Virus record (IMG/VR): IMGVR_UViG_3300031853_000013
Location: 1-64,000 of that record
Source of the DNA: a virus
Taxonomy: Duplodnaviria > Caudoviricetes
Direction: 5' to 3' (one strand)
Length of the DNA stretch: 64,000 bases
Numbering within the stretch: the first letter of the stretch is position 1; each line of letters opens with the position of its first letter. The notes beneath the pieces are model-generated. The model was not told where the DNA came from. It made no database searches and was given only the letters and a program-made list of their open reading frames with translations. The translations under genes and the position numbers were made by a program. Positions 1 to 8,840 of this stretch are shown here, in pieces.

Positions 1-53
1 TTTCTGAACTTGATTACTGCGTTCTCGATCTGAATATTGTTTACCTTAGCCAT
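1..53 (-). CDS. 5' fragment of probable single-stranded DNA-binding protein (runs off window)
   Basis: AGGAGG RBS then ATG at 53; MAKVNNIQIENAVIKFR resembles N-termini of phage SSBs found next to primase-polymerase fusions (recalled, not searched). Confidence 0.45.
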   Translation of the reverse strand, partial: MAKVNNIQIENAVIKFR

Positions 54-133
54 AATATAGGCCCTCCTTAAAATATAAAAATTTATTTATAACTGCTCAA
101 TTAGAACAGTTATTGATAGAAAAAAAAGAAAGA

Positions 134-206
134 ATAGTATAGACGGAATTGAACCGCCAATCTTCCGCGGGTAAGCGGACGTGTTCACCATTAACACCTT
201 ATACTA
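134..206 (-). ncRNA. tRNA-like RNA 1 (cloverleaf with aberrant anticodon loop, no CCA)
   Basis: 7-bp acceptor TAGTATA/TATACTA, D arm GTGT-TAATGGTGA-ACAC, arm TCCGC-TTACCC-GCGGA (6-nt loop), T arm GGCGG-TTCAATT-CCGTC; lies between motif 214-238 and a U-tract. Confidence 0.8.
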
Positions 207-213
207 CCCTATC

Positions 214-238
214 ATTATAGGAACTGTTTAGTTTGCGA
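214..238 (-). promoter_or_regulatory. TCGCA-N7-CA-N5-YWTWAT element 1
   Basis: TCGCA AACTAAA CA GTTCC TATAAT; heads tRNA-like RNA 1. Confidence 0.8.
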
Positions 239-249
239 GATTATGTATA

Positions 250-777
250 TCAGACATACCTAAACTTATATCCCATCGTATGGCGTCTGGCGCCGATTAA
301 ACATTTATGGATATTAGATTGTTGACAACCAAGTACCCTAGCAGCTTCCGTACCACTTCGAAACCAGTGCTCTGATCCGTCAGGATAAGTGGCTATAATA
401 ACTTTAGCAAAGGATTCGCCCATTTTTAGAGACCGGCTACCGTACGTGTTATTATAACGAGCATCGCACCATTCTAGATTATCGCTTCTATTATTATATG
501 GATCTTCATCCTTATGGTTAATGCATTTATAGCAGTTCGGATTTGGAACGAACGCAACTGCTACAAGACGATGGACGTACTCGGTTTTCGAAAAGGATCC
601 TAGACGAATATGAACTTGAAGATATCCGCTTGTAGATTTTGTATTTCTTAAAACATGATACGAATCGTATTTTCCAAAGTTATATCTACAACTTCTTACT
701 CGACCGTAATTACTAACCTGATACCCATCATATTTAGTATTTACCCATACTTCACATTCTTTCTCGCGAAATATCAA
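250..777 (-). CDS. NUMOD4-HNH homing endonuclease
   Basis: YQVSNYGRVRS (NUMOD4), YVHRLVAVAF...INHKDEDPYNNRSDNLEW (HNH), C-terminal SGTEAARVLG HTH. Confidence 0.9.
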   Translation of the reverse strand: MIFREKECEVWVNTKYDGYQVSNYGRVRSCRYNFGKYDSYHVLRNTKSTSGYLQVHIRLGSFSKTEYVHRLVAVAFVPNPNCYKCINHKDEDPYNNRSDNLEWCDARYNNTYGSRSLKMGESFAKVIIATYPDGSEHWFRSGTEAARVLGCQQSNIHKCLIGARRHTMGYKFRYV

Positions 778-3700
778 AAAGAGTCAGACTCTCCAATAAA
801 CTCATTAACATCGCCAAACTTATTGATTTCAGCGATTGCATCGTCGACCAGCGCTCGATAATATCGTTTATCAACAAGGCGGTCATAATCATCGTTTTTG
901 ATCAACTCGGACTCAAGCCATCGATAGCCTTTTGTTCCGGTGACAGAATCGTATTTAATAATCGAAACTGATTCACCATCGACGTCCTTAATAGCTGAAG
1001 CGGTACGATAAAGCCAGCCTCCTCCAGCCCCTTGAACTACTGGAACAAACTCTCCAACACGCCCTACATACCGATAAGCATGCTCATCCTCGGATAACTG
1101 TTCATTGCAGTCTAACACTAGATCGGTTTTTGCCGACTTAGTAACGCATAGATCCTTGAATGTAATAGGCTCGTGAGAGAACAGGGTTTTGAAAATGTAT
1201 GGGTCTTGGAAGCGTGCGCCAGTAGCAGTCCATTGACCGCCATGGTCAGCATTATCACCTGGTATAGTACCATAAATAGATTGGCACCGATCTGGCGTCA
1301 TGTATTTTGCTATATAGATAGCATCGTTAGTAAGACACATGCGATCGTATACCGCTTCAAGCTCAAAATGATAACCATACTTTTCCGCAAAGTTCATAAC
1401 AAACTCTACTATAATAGGATCAGCATCTGCTATTTTGATAGAGTCAGTCTTTATATGCACGACCTTATAGCCTTTAGATTCAACGGCCTCTTTGAGGTCG
1501 ACGAAGAACAAAGCTCCTCGCTTAGCTACAATATTATCGATATTCCTTGGATCTCGAAAACGATTATCATAACTAGCCGATGTAAGACCATACACACTAT
1601 TAATAGCTGTCTTTAAAGCATTAGATAAGTCCTTAGGATTAACACGGCCCGACTGTATAAGGTCTACATATCGTGAGAGCTTGCCGTCTAGTATAGAAGA
1701 CATCTTATCCCAGTCTTTATGCTTAATATAAACACGGGCCAAAACAAGCTGATAATAAATCTCAGTATATTTTGGGCCAAACAAGCATTCTGCAACGGCC
1801 GAATGAGGATGACAAGAGGTTAGGTCGATAAGTGCCACATTATAGTGAATGCCAGGGACAGATCTTACAAGGCCACCGTTCTTAGTATCCTCACCTTTAT
1901 ACATGCTTTTTCCATGATCAAAAGTATATCCCTCAAAGTAAGGGAGTATAGATCTTGCCGAACCGAACGAATTTTTAACCATGTTTGGACAATACTTGTG
2001 GTAAAAATCCATAATCTCTGGTTCAACAGTCATTACTGGTTTCGAAAGATCTCGATATCTAAATTGACCTTGCGGATGCATATCATTCCCGAATATAAGC
2101 TTGGCAGTAAGTTGATTAGTTGTGTTATTGGCAGTGCCTCCAGAAATATCAGCAAGGATAACGCGTGCCATATAATCTCCACGAAGATGATCGAACAGCG
2201 CTTCGGTACTAATGACATCATTAACACAATAATCGGCGACCTCTTGCCATTTATCTTCATCGATGGGACTATTCCAATCGTAACTTAACTCTAAGTGATG
2301 AATATCAAGTTTGATTTCCCACTTTTTAAGACTCATCTTATTACCTGCAGACGCAAAGTCATATATGTCTGTATACGACATGTTATAAGCTTCTCTAAAC
2401 GAAGCATTCTTAGACTCGTTATTAACTATGCGTTTGCTAAGGTTATACAGCTCGGCGTTTGTATATCCAAGCATACGAGCATAAAGGATGTGATTGTCAT
2501 AGCTACGATTATTGAAACCGATGAGACTATATTGGCATAATGATTTAATCTGTGACGGAGTGGGATTTATCCACACAACGGGCTTATTTTCGACACCCTT
2601 TAATTTCCATACTACAACAAATAGATTAGGAAAAACCTCAACGTCAAAAAATACAAATCTAGACTCATCAGGATCGACGCTATTGCTGCTAAGATGCTCA
2701 GAATCTCCGCCAACAGTAGCCGCTTCGAGTTTCTCATTAACACCCGCATCATCGCCTTCGTCTTTATCCTCAGACTTAAACTTCATCTGGTTAACAACCT
2801 TTAAACACCGAAGACTCTGATTACTGGCCTGCGCTGCAAACGACATGACCGCTGGACGCATGTCACTAACGTCATACTCGGAACCACTATCATAAGCATC
2901 CTTTAACGCCTTGGCAATGAAATCGATACTCGAGCTAGTGTCAGCATGATACTCCTTCTTGAGATTTCGAAGTATCACTGTTCTAAGTCCCTTTTCGGTT
3001 AATACCACTTGCTGATTTATCACTTTGTCAGCATCCTCCTTTAACGGTAACCCGCTATTAATATTTGAAATATCAAGATTATTGCACAGTGTAAGCTTTC
3101 GTCTAAGACTGCTGCCACCAGTAAACACTTTAATCTCAATATTATCATCATAGATACTACTAAGTCGTTCGGGATCACCGCCCGTATAAATATAATGCAG
3201 ATGAACGCCATTACCAGACTTGCTAACTTCAGCATATGTCGGCGGAAACTTAGCGGCCGCTGCAAGATTGAGTTCCAGTGATTTCTTTTTATCTTTATCC
3301 TTGAGATCGAAGTCGATGACTATATGATTAACTGGAACCTTAACAAAATGAACTTCAGTCTGATCTATCTTATCAAGGGTAGATTTTGTATTCTCCCACT
3401 TATAGCACGGCACCTCGTTACCATAAGCTATACGACTTCGCTGTGCTGGACAACCTTTACACTGAATATAAAACTTGTTATCTACGTCAGCTCCAAAATC
3501 AGTATATGGTTTCAAATCCAGCCAGTCTGGAAGGTTCGGCGTCAAAACTGGTGTCGCACATGCTGACCCATTAAATTGATCAGCTTTGGCCAAAGGCATG
3601 ATATCGTCGCTATCAGAGAAAAATTTGTCATCTCTAAATTTTACATATACGTTGGAGCATACGACATCATCAATTCGCATCTTTTCGTAAAATTCTTCAA

Positions 3701-4910
3701 AGTATTCTTTAGCTTCTACCTTGAACTTCTTTTTAGTAAGAGGATATGGTATGTTAGCATCAACACAGTATTTCTTATACTCTTCCCATAAATAGGAAAG
3801 ACTAATACGATCAGTGTCCTTTAAATCATGCCATTTCTCTTCAAAAAAGTTAAAAGTATCGTTCGTTTCGCCCATCATTAATGTCGGTACATAATTATCA
3901 TACAAGTGTCTATTATTTTTATAAAACTCTAAACATTTATAAGCAATTGCACCGTATTCGAACTTGACATTATTAACCACCTCGCGATATCTATCTATAC
4001 TAAGTTTCTCGCCAGTTGGATGAATATCAATAAGACGTCTAATTAAACCGGACTTTGCGTCAGTAATCTTGATCGGATTATTAGTACCTATAATTGGAAT
4101 AGCATTGAATCGTGCATAATATGTGGTTCTAAATTTTTCATTAACGGCAAGATACTCATGTGAAATCAAACTATTAAGTGTGGTATTCTTTTCGATCCTA
4201 CTGAGATCAGCATCGTGTTCAATAGCAAGTACCGGGAAATTACGAAAAACTTCCAGGCAGTGAATCTGATTACTAGAACCGAGTGCCTCAGCGCTGAATA
4301 TGGTATAATACCCATTGAACATATTAGCGATAATATCAAGCACTGTTGATTTACCGGATCCCGGAGCACCATATAAAGCGAAGAACTTCTGTATGCTTCC
4401 GGTCTCTCCAGAAGCCACCGCGCCAATCAACCATTCCAGTTTGAGTCGCTCGTCAGAATATAAAACGTCCATGAGCTCGTCCCAATAAGGTGTGGGATTC
4501 TTCTCCAATGAATAAGGAAGTCTAAACGACGCATAATCTGTCTTCTTGATTTCAGAATCGGCAAACATTACCTTGTTGTTTAGCGGAACAAAATTATCAG
4601 CACACTGCTTGGTGCAATACTTAACAAATCGATCAAGAGCACCGTTGGATGTAGTCACTAAATATTGCACGTTAAAAGGGGCAGAATCTTTAACATGCTC
4701 GTAGTATTCTCGCAACTCTTTATCGATCAGCCTGACTGCAGAATATATATCAGTTTTCCAAAGACCTGCCTCTTCGTCCCATATAGCATAAAAGCCGCTA
4801 CCTTTAATCATTAGGTCTTTTGACGGTTTAGAATCAAACTCGGCCTCAATTGTACTCGGTTTGTTCTTACCATTATTTTTAGTAACAATGTGCATGAAAT
4901 CTAATGACAT
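774..4910 (-). CDS. Fused SF3 helicase / primase / 3'-5' exonuclease / family B DNA polymerase
   Basis: Walker A GAPGSGKS; prim-pol-like VIDFD and SKSGNGVHLHY; Exo motifs FFDVEVF, GFNNRSYD, YCVNDV; PolB motifs DLTSCHP, KTAINSVYG, KTDS. Confidence 0.88.
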   Translation of the reverse strand: MSLDFMHIVTKNNGKNKPSTIEAEFDSKPSKDLMIKGSGFYAIWDEEAGLWKTDIYSAVRLIDKELREYYEHVKDSAPFNVQYLVTTSNGALDRFVKYCTKQCADNFVPLNNKVMFADSEIKKTDYASFRLPYSLEKNPTPYWDELMDVLYSDERLKLEWLIGAVASGETGSIQKFFALYGAPGSGKSTVLDIIANMFNGYYTIFSAEALGSSNQIHCLEVFRNFPVLAIEHDADLSRIEKNTTLNSLISHEYLAVNEKFRTTYYARFNAIPIIGTNNPIKITDAKSGLIRRLIDIHPTGEKLSIDRYREVVNNVKFEYGAIAYKCLEFYKNNRHLYDNYVPTLMMGETNDTFNFFEEKWHDLKDTDRISLSYLWEEYKKYCVDANIPYPLTKKKFKVEAKEYFEEFYEKMRIDDVVCSNVYVKFRDDKFFSDSDDIMPLAKADQFNGSACATPVLTPNLPDWLDLKPYTDFGADVDNKFYIQCKGCPAQRSRIAYGNEVPCYKWENTKSTLDKIDQTEVHFVKVPVNHIVIDFDLKDKDKKKSLELNLAAAAKFPPTYAEVSKSGNGVHLHYIYTGGDPERLSSIYDDNIEIKVFTGGSSLRRKLTLCNNLDISNINSGLPLKEDADKVINQQVVLTEKGLRTVILRNLKKEYHADTSSSIDFIAKALKDAYDSGSEYDVSDMRPAVMSFAAQASNQSLRCLKVVNQMKFKSEDKDEGDDAGVNEKLEAATVGGDSEHLSSNSVDPDESRFVFFDVEVFPNLFVVVWKLKGVENKPVVWINPTPSQIKSLCQYSLIGFNNRSYDNHILYARMLGYTNAELYNLSKRIVNNESKNASFREAYNMSYTDIYDFASAGNKMSLKKWEIKLDIHHLELSYDWNSPIDEDKWQEVADYCVNDVISTEALFDHLRGDYMARVILADISGGTANNTTNQLTAKLIFGNDMHPQGQFRYRDLSKPVMTVEPEIMDFYHKYCPNMVKNSFGSARSILPYFEGYTFDHGKSMYKGEDTKNGGLVRSVPGIHYNVALIDLTSCHPHSAVAECLFGPKYTEIYYQLVLARVYIKHKDWDKMSSILDGKLSRYVDLIQSGRVNPKDLSNALKTAINSVYGLTSASYDNRFRDPRNIDNIVAKRGALFFVDLKEAVESKGYKVVHIKTDSIKIADADPIIVEFVMNFAEKYGYHFELEAVYDRMCLTNDAIYIAKYMTPDRCQSIYGTIPGDNADHGGQWTATGARFQDPYIFKTLFSHEPITFKDLCVTKSAKTDLVLDCNEQLSEDEHAYRYVGRVGEFVPVVQGAGGGWLYRTASAIKDVDGESVSIIKYDSVTGTKGYRWLESELIKNDDYDRLVDKRYYRALVDDAIAEINKFGDVNEFIGESDSF

Positions 4911-4959
4911 GTTATTGTCCTCCTTAAAATATAAAAGATCTCAGAATAAATAGGAGTTA

Positions 4960-5345
4960 AATCGTGTTGAAAAAAATCGTTGAAAAAAAGATTTTCAACT
5001 TTATATTATAATTAACATTTTTATATATTAGCCTATTAATATTATTTTTTTTTTCATTTTTTCAACATTTAAAGAAAAATAATAAAGAAATGGCTATATA
5101 TAGCCATTTTTCGATGTTGAACTTTTGTTGAACTTTTGAAAAATGTTGAACTTTTTTTTCAACATTAGCCTATAACCCCTAAGTCACCACATTTTCTTGT
5201 TTAAAATAACCCCTAAGTCACGAGAAAATTCGTTCAAACCCCTAAGTCATTTTCACTAAAATCACCAATAACCCCTAAGTCATTTGTCATATTTTCGCCA
5301 AAATTTACCATATTTTCATCAAAATTTCTCATAACCCCTAAGTCA
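4960..5345. other. Candidate replication origin
   Basis: Very AT-rich; multiple GTTGAA/TTCAAC boxes; 22-bp palindrome at 5088-5109; five iteron-like 14-mers; directly upstream of the replicase. Confidence 0.6.
5173..5345 (+). repeat. Five direct repeats (T/A)AACCCCTAAGTCA
   Basis: Copies at 5173, 5207, 5236, 5269, 5332. Confidence 0.95.
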
Positions 5346-5563
5346 TTTACCTCATTTTTAGCCTTTAATTTGCTGCATCGGCCACATGAAACCACCTTTC
5401 CAGACAACAAATTGTCGCTCCTAACGATTTTTGCAGTATGACAAATAGTACATTCAACCACCCAATAGGCGTTATGACAATTCCCATCATCCCTATGTCC
5501 CTGACACATAACCTTTAAAGTGCCAAACTCACGTCCTGTCAAGTCAATCATCTTTCTACTCAT
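5234..5563 (-). CDS. Cys-rich domain typical of HNH/AP2 endonuclease N-termini, with NDLGV repeat tail
   Basis: DLTGREFGTLKV...WVVECTIC...LLSGKVVSCG; no catalytic domain follows. Confidence 0.6.
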   Translation of the reverse strand: MSRKMIDLTGREFGTLKVMCQGHRDDGNCHNAYWVVECTICHTAKIVRSDNLLSGKVVSCGRCSKLKAKNEVNDLGVMRNFDENMVNFGENMTNDLGVIGDFSENDLGV

Positions 5564-5964
5564 TTCTTTTCTCCTTCACTCTTATCCAAACTATTAACCC
5601 CACACCCAACATTACCAAAAATATCAGACCGAATCGAACGATACATCTGCTCTATCTCACCGATAAAATTGTCATAATTATAGATGAACCGATTAGCCTT
5701 TAAAAACCTGATCACGTCAACAACGTCAATCCACTTGCGACTACCTTCCTTCCACGATTTAACCCTACCATTATATAACCACGAACGTACAGTACCTGGT
5801 TTAACACACGATAATTTCACTAAGGTATTCACATCGATTCCTTTAATCAACACGTCATATGATGGTACTAATAATCCAGTCAATCCCTTTGATTCATACC
5901 ATCGCTCGTGATACTCCACTATAAATCCACCAGCATATCGAGTGTAGTGTCCTTGTGTATTCAT
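5560..5964 (-). CDS. HTH (excisionase/MerR-like) DNA-binding protein
   Basis: VNTLVKLSCVKPGTVRSWLYNGRVKS. Confidence 0.55.
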   Translation of the reverse strand: MNTQGHYTRYAGGFIVEYHERWYESKGLTGLLVPSYDVLIKGIDVNTLVKLSCVKPGTVRSWLYNGRVKSWKEGSRKWIDVVDVIRFLKANRFIYNYDNFIGEIEQMYRSIRSDIFGNVGCGVNSLDKSEGEKK

Positions 5965-6128
5965 TCTAATTCCTCCAGACTTTATTAAAAGATTATGATA
6001 AACATACCATCATATCTCAGTTCATAACAATACACTTATCACAATCCTTTAATACAAATATAAAAGAAAAAAGAGAAGGGAACGTGTCCCTATCTCTCTG
6101 CACATACTTAGTCTTCTGTACCATAGCC

Positions 6129-6174
6129 AAAAACCAAAGGGGCCTGTATTAGACCCCTAATAGGTTTAAATGTT
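6129..6174 (-). terminator. Hairpin terminator, copy 1 of a 46-bp exact duplication
   Basis: AGGGGTC-TAATACA-GGCCCCT-TTGGTTTTT; identical to 6483-6528. Confidence 0.75.
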
Positions 6175-6417
6175 CACTCGTCCTGTTTCATAATATTCAG
6201 TTAGTTTTTCAGGATAATGCAGCATAAGTAAACCCATAGCAGTCATAATTGGCAGAAGACGCTCATAGTCAGATTCGCTAACCTCAGATTTTATGCGATT
6301 AATCCATTTGATAGTTAACTTCCAAACAGAAATCTCATAATCATCCGGACTTTTGGTCTGTTTCTCAGTCATCAACCACTCCTGCAATGAGTATACTCCA
6401 CGTTTTGTTTCATCCAT
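6166..6417 (-). CDS. Hypothetical cassette protein
   Basis: Own motif, 5' hairpin, GGAGG RBS and terminator. Confidence 0.75.
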   Translation of the reverse strand: MDETKRGVYSLQEWLMTEKQTKSPDDYEISVWKLTIKWINRIKSEVSESDYERLLPIMTAMGLLMLHYPEKLTEYYETGRVNI

Positions 6418-6458
6418 AATAATTACCTCCTAAATATAAAATTCAGAGTTTCCACTCT

Positions 6459-6483
6459 ATAATGGAGGTTGTCCCGATTGCGA
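6459..6483 (-). promoter_or_regulatory. TCGCA element 2
   Basis: TCGCA ATCGGGA CA ACCTC CATTAT then hairpin AGAGT-GGAA-ACTCT. Confidence 0.8.
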
Positions 6484-6528
6484 AAAACCAAAGGGGCCTG
6501 TATTAGACCCCTAATAGGTTTAAATGTT
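6483..6528 (-). terminator. Hairpin terminator, copy 2 of the 46-bp duplication
   Basis: Identical to 6129-6174; T-tract abuts the TCGCA of element 2. Confidence 0.75.
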
Positions 6529-6530
6529 TC

Positions 6531-6770
6531 TCAAATACCGTTGTCGCCCTTGATGTCCAGATGTCTTGCCAATTTGCCGAGGTATGCCATCAGCTGTAGA
6601 CCAGCACATACAGTTCCCAGCAGCCAGCAATCAGCATACCACCAATCGCAAGACTCATAAAGAATCTCACTAATGGCACAGCCGACTACAAACGCCAGGC
6701 CGATAATGCTCAGCCTAGTAATAATCATACCTACATAATACATTGCCATCTTAAACTTCTTAGTTTTCAT
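6531..6770 (-). CDS. Small two-TM membrane protein
   Basis: Two hydrophobic segments; AAGGAG RBS; cassette context. Confidence 0.7.
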   Translation of the reverse strand: MKTKKFKMAMYYVGMIITRLSIIGLAFVVGCAISEILYESCDWWYADCWLLGTVCAGLQLMAYLGKLARHLDIKGDNGI

Positions 6771-6814
6771 ACTAACAACTCCTTCGATTAGTAATTTAAT
6801 AGGATTTCTCCCTC

Positions 6815-6839
6815 ATAATAGGAGTTGAAAAAGATGCGA
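6815..6839 (-). promoter_or_regulatory. TCGCA element 3 (TCGCAT subclass)
   Basis: TCGCA TCTTTTT CA ACTCC TATTAT. Confidence 0.8.
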
Positions 6840-6907
6840 TAGAAGATTTTTGCGTTAAGCTAGCAGTATGCGACAGCGGAGTTTTTGGTGTAACCATTAA
6901 TATGCAA
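6834..6907. repeat. 34-bp phased repeats upstream of element 3
   Basis: ATGCGA at 6834 and 6868, ATGCAA at 6902. Confidence 0.75.
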
Positions 6908-6978
6908 AAAAAAAACACCCATATATAGCGAAAAAAAGAAAGGAGCAGACCCATAATTGAGCCCACTCCTCGCTTCCT

Positions 6979-7329
6979 TTAAAACTTATTCACTTCCAAA
7001 TCACCAGACACGATAGACTCGAGAGTCTCAGACTTACCGGTCATCTTACCAAGCTCAAAGTAAGCCTCATTCGACTTCTGACCCAATGTTGATCCGTCCT
7101 GCAGACCCTGAATATAGCCGATCGTACGTCCCACGGACAGTGCAAATGCTCCTGCACACATGCCCATGCCGACATAAGCGATCTCCTCATCATGATCGTA
7201 GACGAAATCGACGACCGCGTCCTTAGCCTTCTTAAGACCACCCTTGACCTTGTTCCATACACTGGACTTCTTAGTCTCAGTAACCTCGTCAACCTCTACA
7301 GTCATTTCTTTCAGTTCGTTCTCATTCAT
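6979..7329 (-). CDS. Membrane-anchored cassette protein
   Basis: Basic amphipathic N-terminus, DH motif, TM helix; hairpin plus U-tract at about 6931-6970. Confidence 0.75.
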   Translation of the reverse strand: MNENELKEMTVEVDEVTETKKSSVWNKVKGGLKKAKDAVVDFVYDHDEEIAYVGMGMCAGAFALSVGRTIGYIQGLQDGSTLGQKSNEAYFELGKMTGKSETLESIVSGDLEVNKF

Positions 7330-7376
7330 AGTGAATTCCTCCTTGAATATAAATAAATGTTGAGTGTTTCCACCCT

Positions 7377-7401
7377 ATAATAGGACCTGTCCAGTTTGCG
7401 A
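7377..7401 (-). promoter_or_regulatory. TCGCA element 4
   Basis: TCGCA AACTGGA CA GGTCC TATTAT. Confidence 0.8.
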
Positions 7402-7421
7402 CCCTATCATTATCCTATCTC

Positions 7422-7748
7422 TCACACGATCTTATTTACCTTTACAGTGATATGCTCATTCCCCGCCACACGATAAAGCCATCCAAGCAGCTCCTTACGG
7501 CTCATCTCATCCTTACTTCTGCTGACAAAACCATAATCTACATATCCGTCAACCGGCAATAATGGCTTGTTCCATTCGAGATATGAGTCTTCTACCGCGC
7601 CATAGATCTTGTCTCCTCGTGCATATCCTTGAACAGACCTAATGTGAATATCACCAAAATATACCTTAATAATGAACATGCCATTAAAGTTTTGCAGATC
7701 TTCATCACAAGCTCCAGTCCCATTGAAAAATATTCTAGACCATGTCAT
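7422..7748 (-). CDS. Hypothetical protein
   Basis: GGGAG RBS; co-oriented. Confidence 0.65.
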   Translation of the reverse strand: MTWSRIFFNGTGACDEDLQNFNGMFIIKVYFGDIHIRSVQGYARGDKIYGAVEDSYLEWNKPLLPVDGYVDYGFVSRSKDEMSRKELLGWLYRVAGNEHITVKVNKIV

Positions 7749-7777
7749 TATAGCACTCCCTTTACTTAAATATAAAA

Positions 7778-7886
7778 CCCTCTAGGAGCCTCCAGAATGC
7801 ACTGTATGACACCCAGTACCTACCTGATAAAACTCTCGCAAATCCTCACAGAACGCAATACAACGCAATCTGAGAGCTCCTAGGGG
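7778..7886 (-). other. Long imperfect intergenic hairpin (about 110 nt)
   Basis: CCTAGGAGC..TCAGATTGCGTTGTAT pairs with ATACAGTGCATTCTGG..GCTCCTAG; G-U pairs favour the minus strand. Confidence 0.65.
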
Positions 7887-7990
7887 CATCCTAGACATCG
7901 AAAATTATTTCATTCCAGGAATATAATCGACAGTCTCGCCGTTATCATCATAATAGAAGCAGTCTCTCTTATACAGTTTCATGTGTTTCG

Positions 7991-8431
7991 TCACCCTCCC
8001 AACGTAGGACACGGACAATCCCACTCGTAATCGTCATACTCGATATCTTCGTTTCGTTGGATCTCACCGTTAATGATTTCGACAAGTTGTCCGAATTCCA
8101 TACCTTTCTCGTATGCCTGTACTTTCATATCGACACCGTATTCTTGACACACTGTCCGAAGCTCCTCAGCGTTTATATACCAAGCCGCCTTTAAATGTAA
8201 GAATAGCGTGTGTCCTTCATAAAAGTACATATACTCGTCACACATAATAAAATGACGATTAGTCCCTATAATCCATCGTTCTCCTGTGCCGGAAGTACTA
8301 AAACATAACTCGTCGCCATCATCTTCCACCACAAGTTTGCTTGGTGTCCAGTCAATTCCATCCTCCATGAATCGACGTACATTCTCAAGCGTTCCTCTTA
8401 CCTTCAAAGTTCCTTCGCACCAGTTTGGCAT
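7991..8431 (-). CDS. YubB/DUF1281-like ferredoxin-fold protein
   Basis: MPNWCEGTL N-terminus and KAAW...YEKGMEF. Confidence 0.55.
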   Translation of the reverse strand: MPNWCEGTLKVRGTLENVRRFMEDGIDWTPSKLVVEDDGDELCFSTSGTGERWIIGTNRHFIMCDEYMYFYEGHTLFLHLKAAWYINAEELRTVCQEYGVDMKVQAYEKGMEFGQLVEIINGEIQRNEDIEYDDYEWDCPCPTLGG

Positions 8432-8463
8432 AATTATTTACCTCCAATCAAAATATAAAAGAG

Positions 8464-8487
8464 AAAGGAGCCTGTTTAAGACTCCTT
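8464..8487 (-). terminator. Hairpin containing the stop codon of 8476-8772
   Basis: AAGGAGTC-TTAAACA-GGCTCCTT-TCTCTTTT; 8451-8486 matches 24761-24796 at 35/36. Confidence 0.7.
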
Positions 8488-8772
8488 ATCCTTCTGCATA
8501 TGATCAATTTCTTGGACCATTTTCTCGATCTCAACCAACGCAAACGGATCATCGTGGATTTGACTAAGAATTGTCTCTATAGCACTTTTGTACAACATAG
8601 CTGCGATCTTATCAAGCCCTTTTAGGTCCGATTCTAATGAGCGCATAGCATCATTACTCAACTCACGCATCATCGCCTCGTACATTTCCGGCTCGTCTTG
8701 CTTCAGCTTTGCTACATCATGTGCCATTATAGCCATCTCAGTCATTTCCTCGTTCACTTTGATCTCATCCAT
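8476..8772 (-). CDS. Hypothetical helical cassette protein
   Basis: AAGGAGG RBS; cassette context. Confidence 0.75.
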   Translation of the reverse strand: MDEIKVNEEMTEMAIMAHDVAKLKQDEPEMYEAMMRELSNDAMRSLESDLKGLDKIAAMLYKSAIETILSQIHDDPFALVEIEKMVQEIDHMQKDKES

Positions 8773-8809
8773 AACACATTACCTCCTTGAAATTTGAACA
8801 TAACGTTCT

Positions 8810-8834
8810 ATAAAGAGGGTTGCTTTATTTGCGA
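8810..8834 (-). promoter_or_regulatory. TCGCA element 5
   Basis: TCGCA AATAAAG CA ACCCT CTTTAT. Confidence 0.8.
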
Positions 8835-8840
8835 CAAATA

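Noticed and set aside
7836-7860. Plus-strand TCGCA inside the long hairpin
   Set aside because: No CA at positions 13-14, no hexamer, opposite strand
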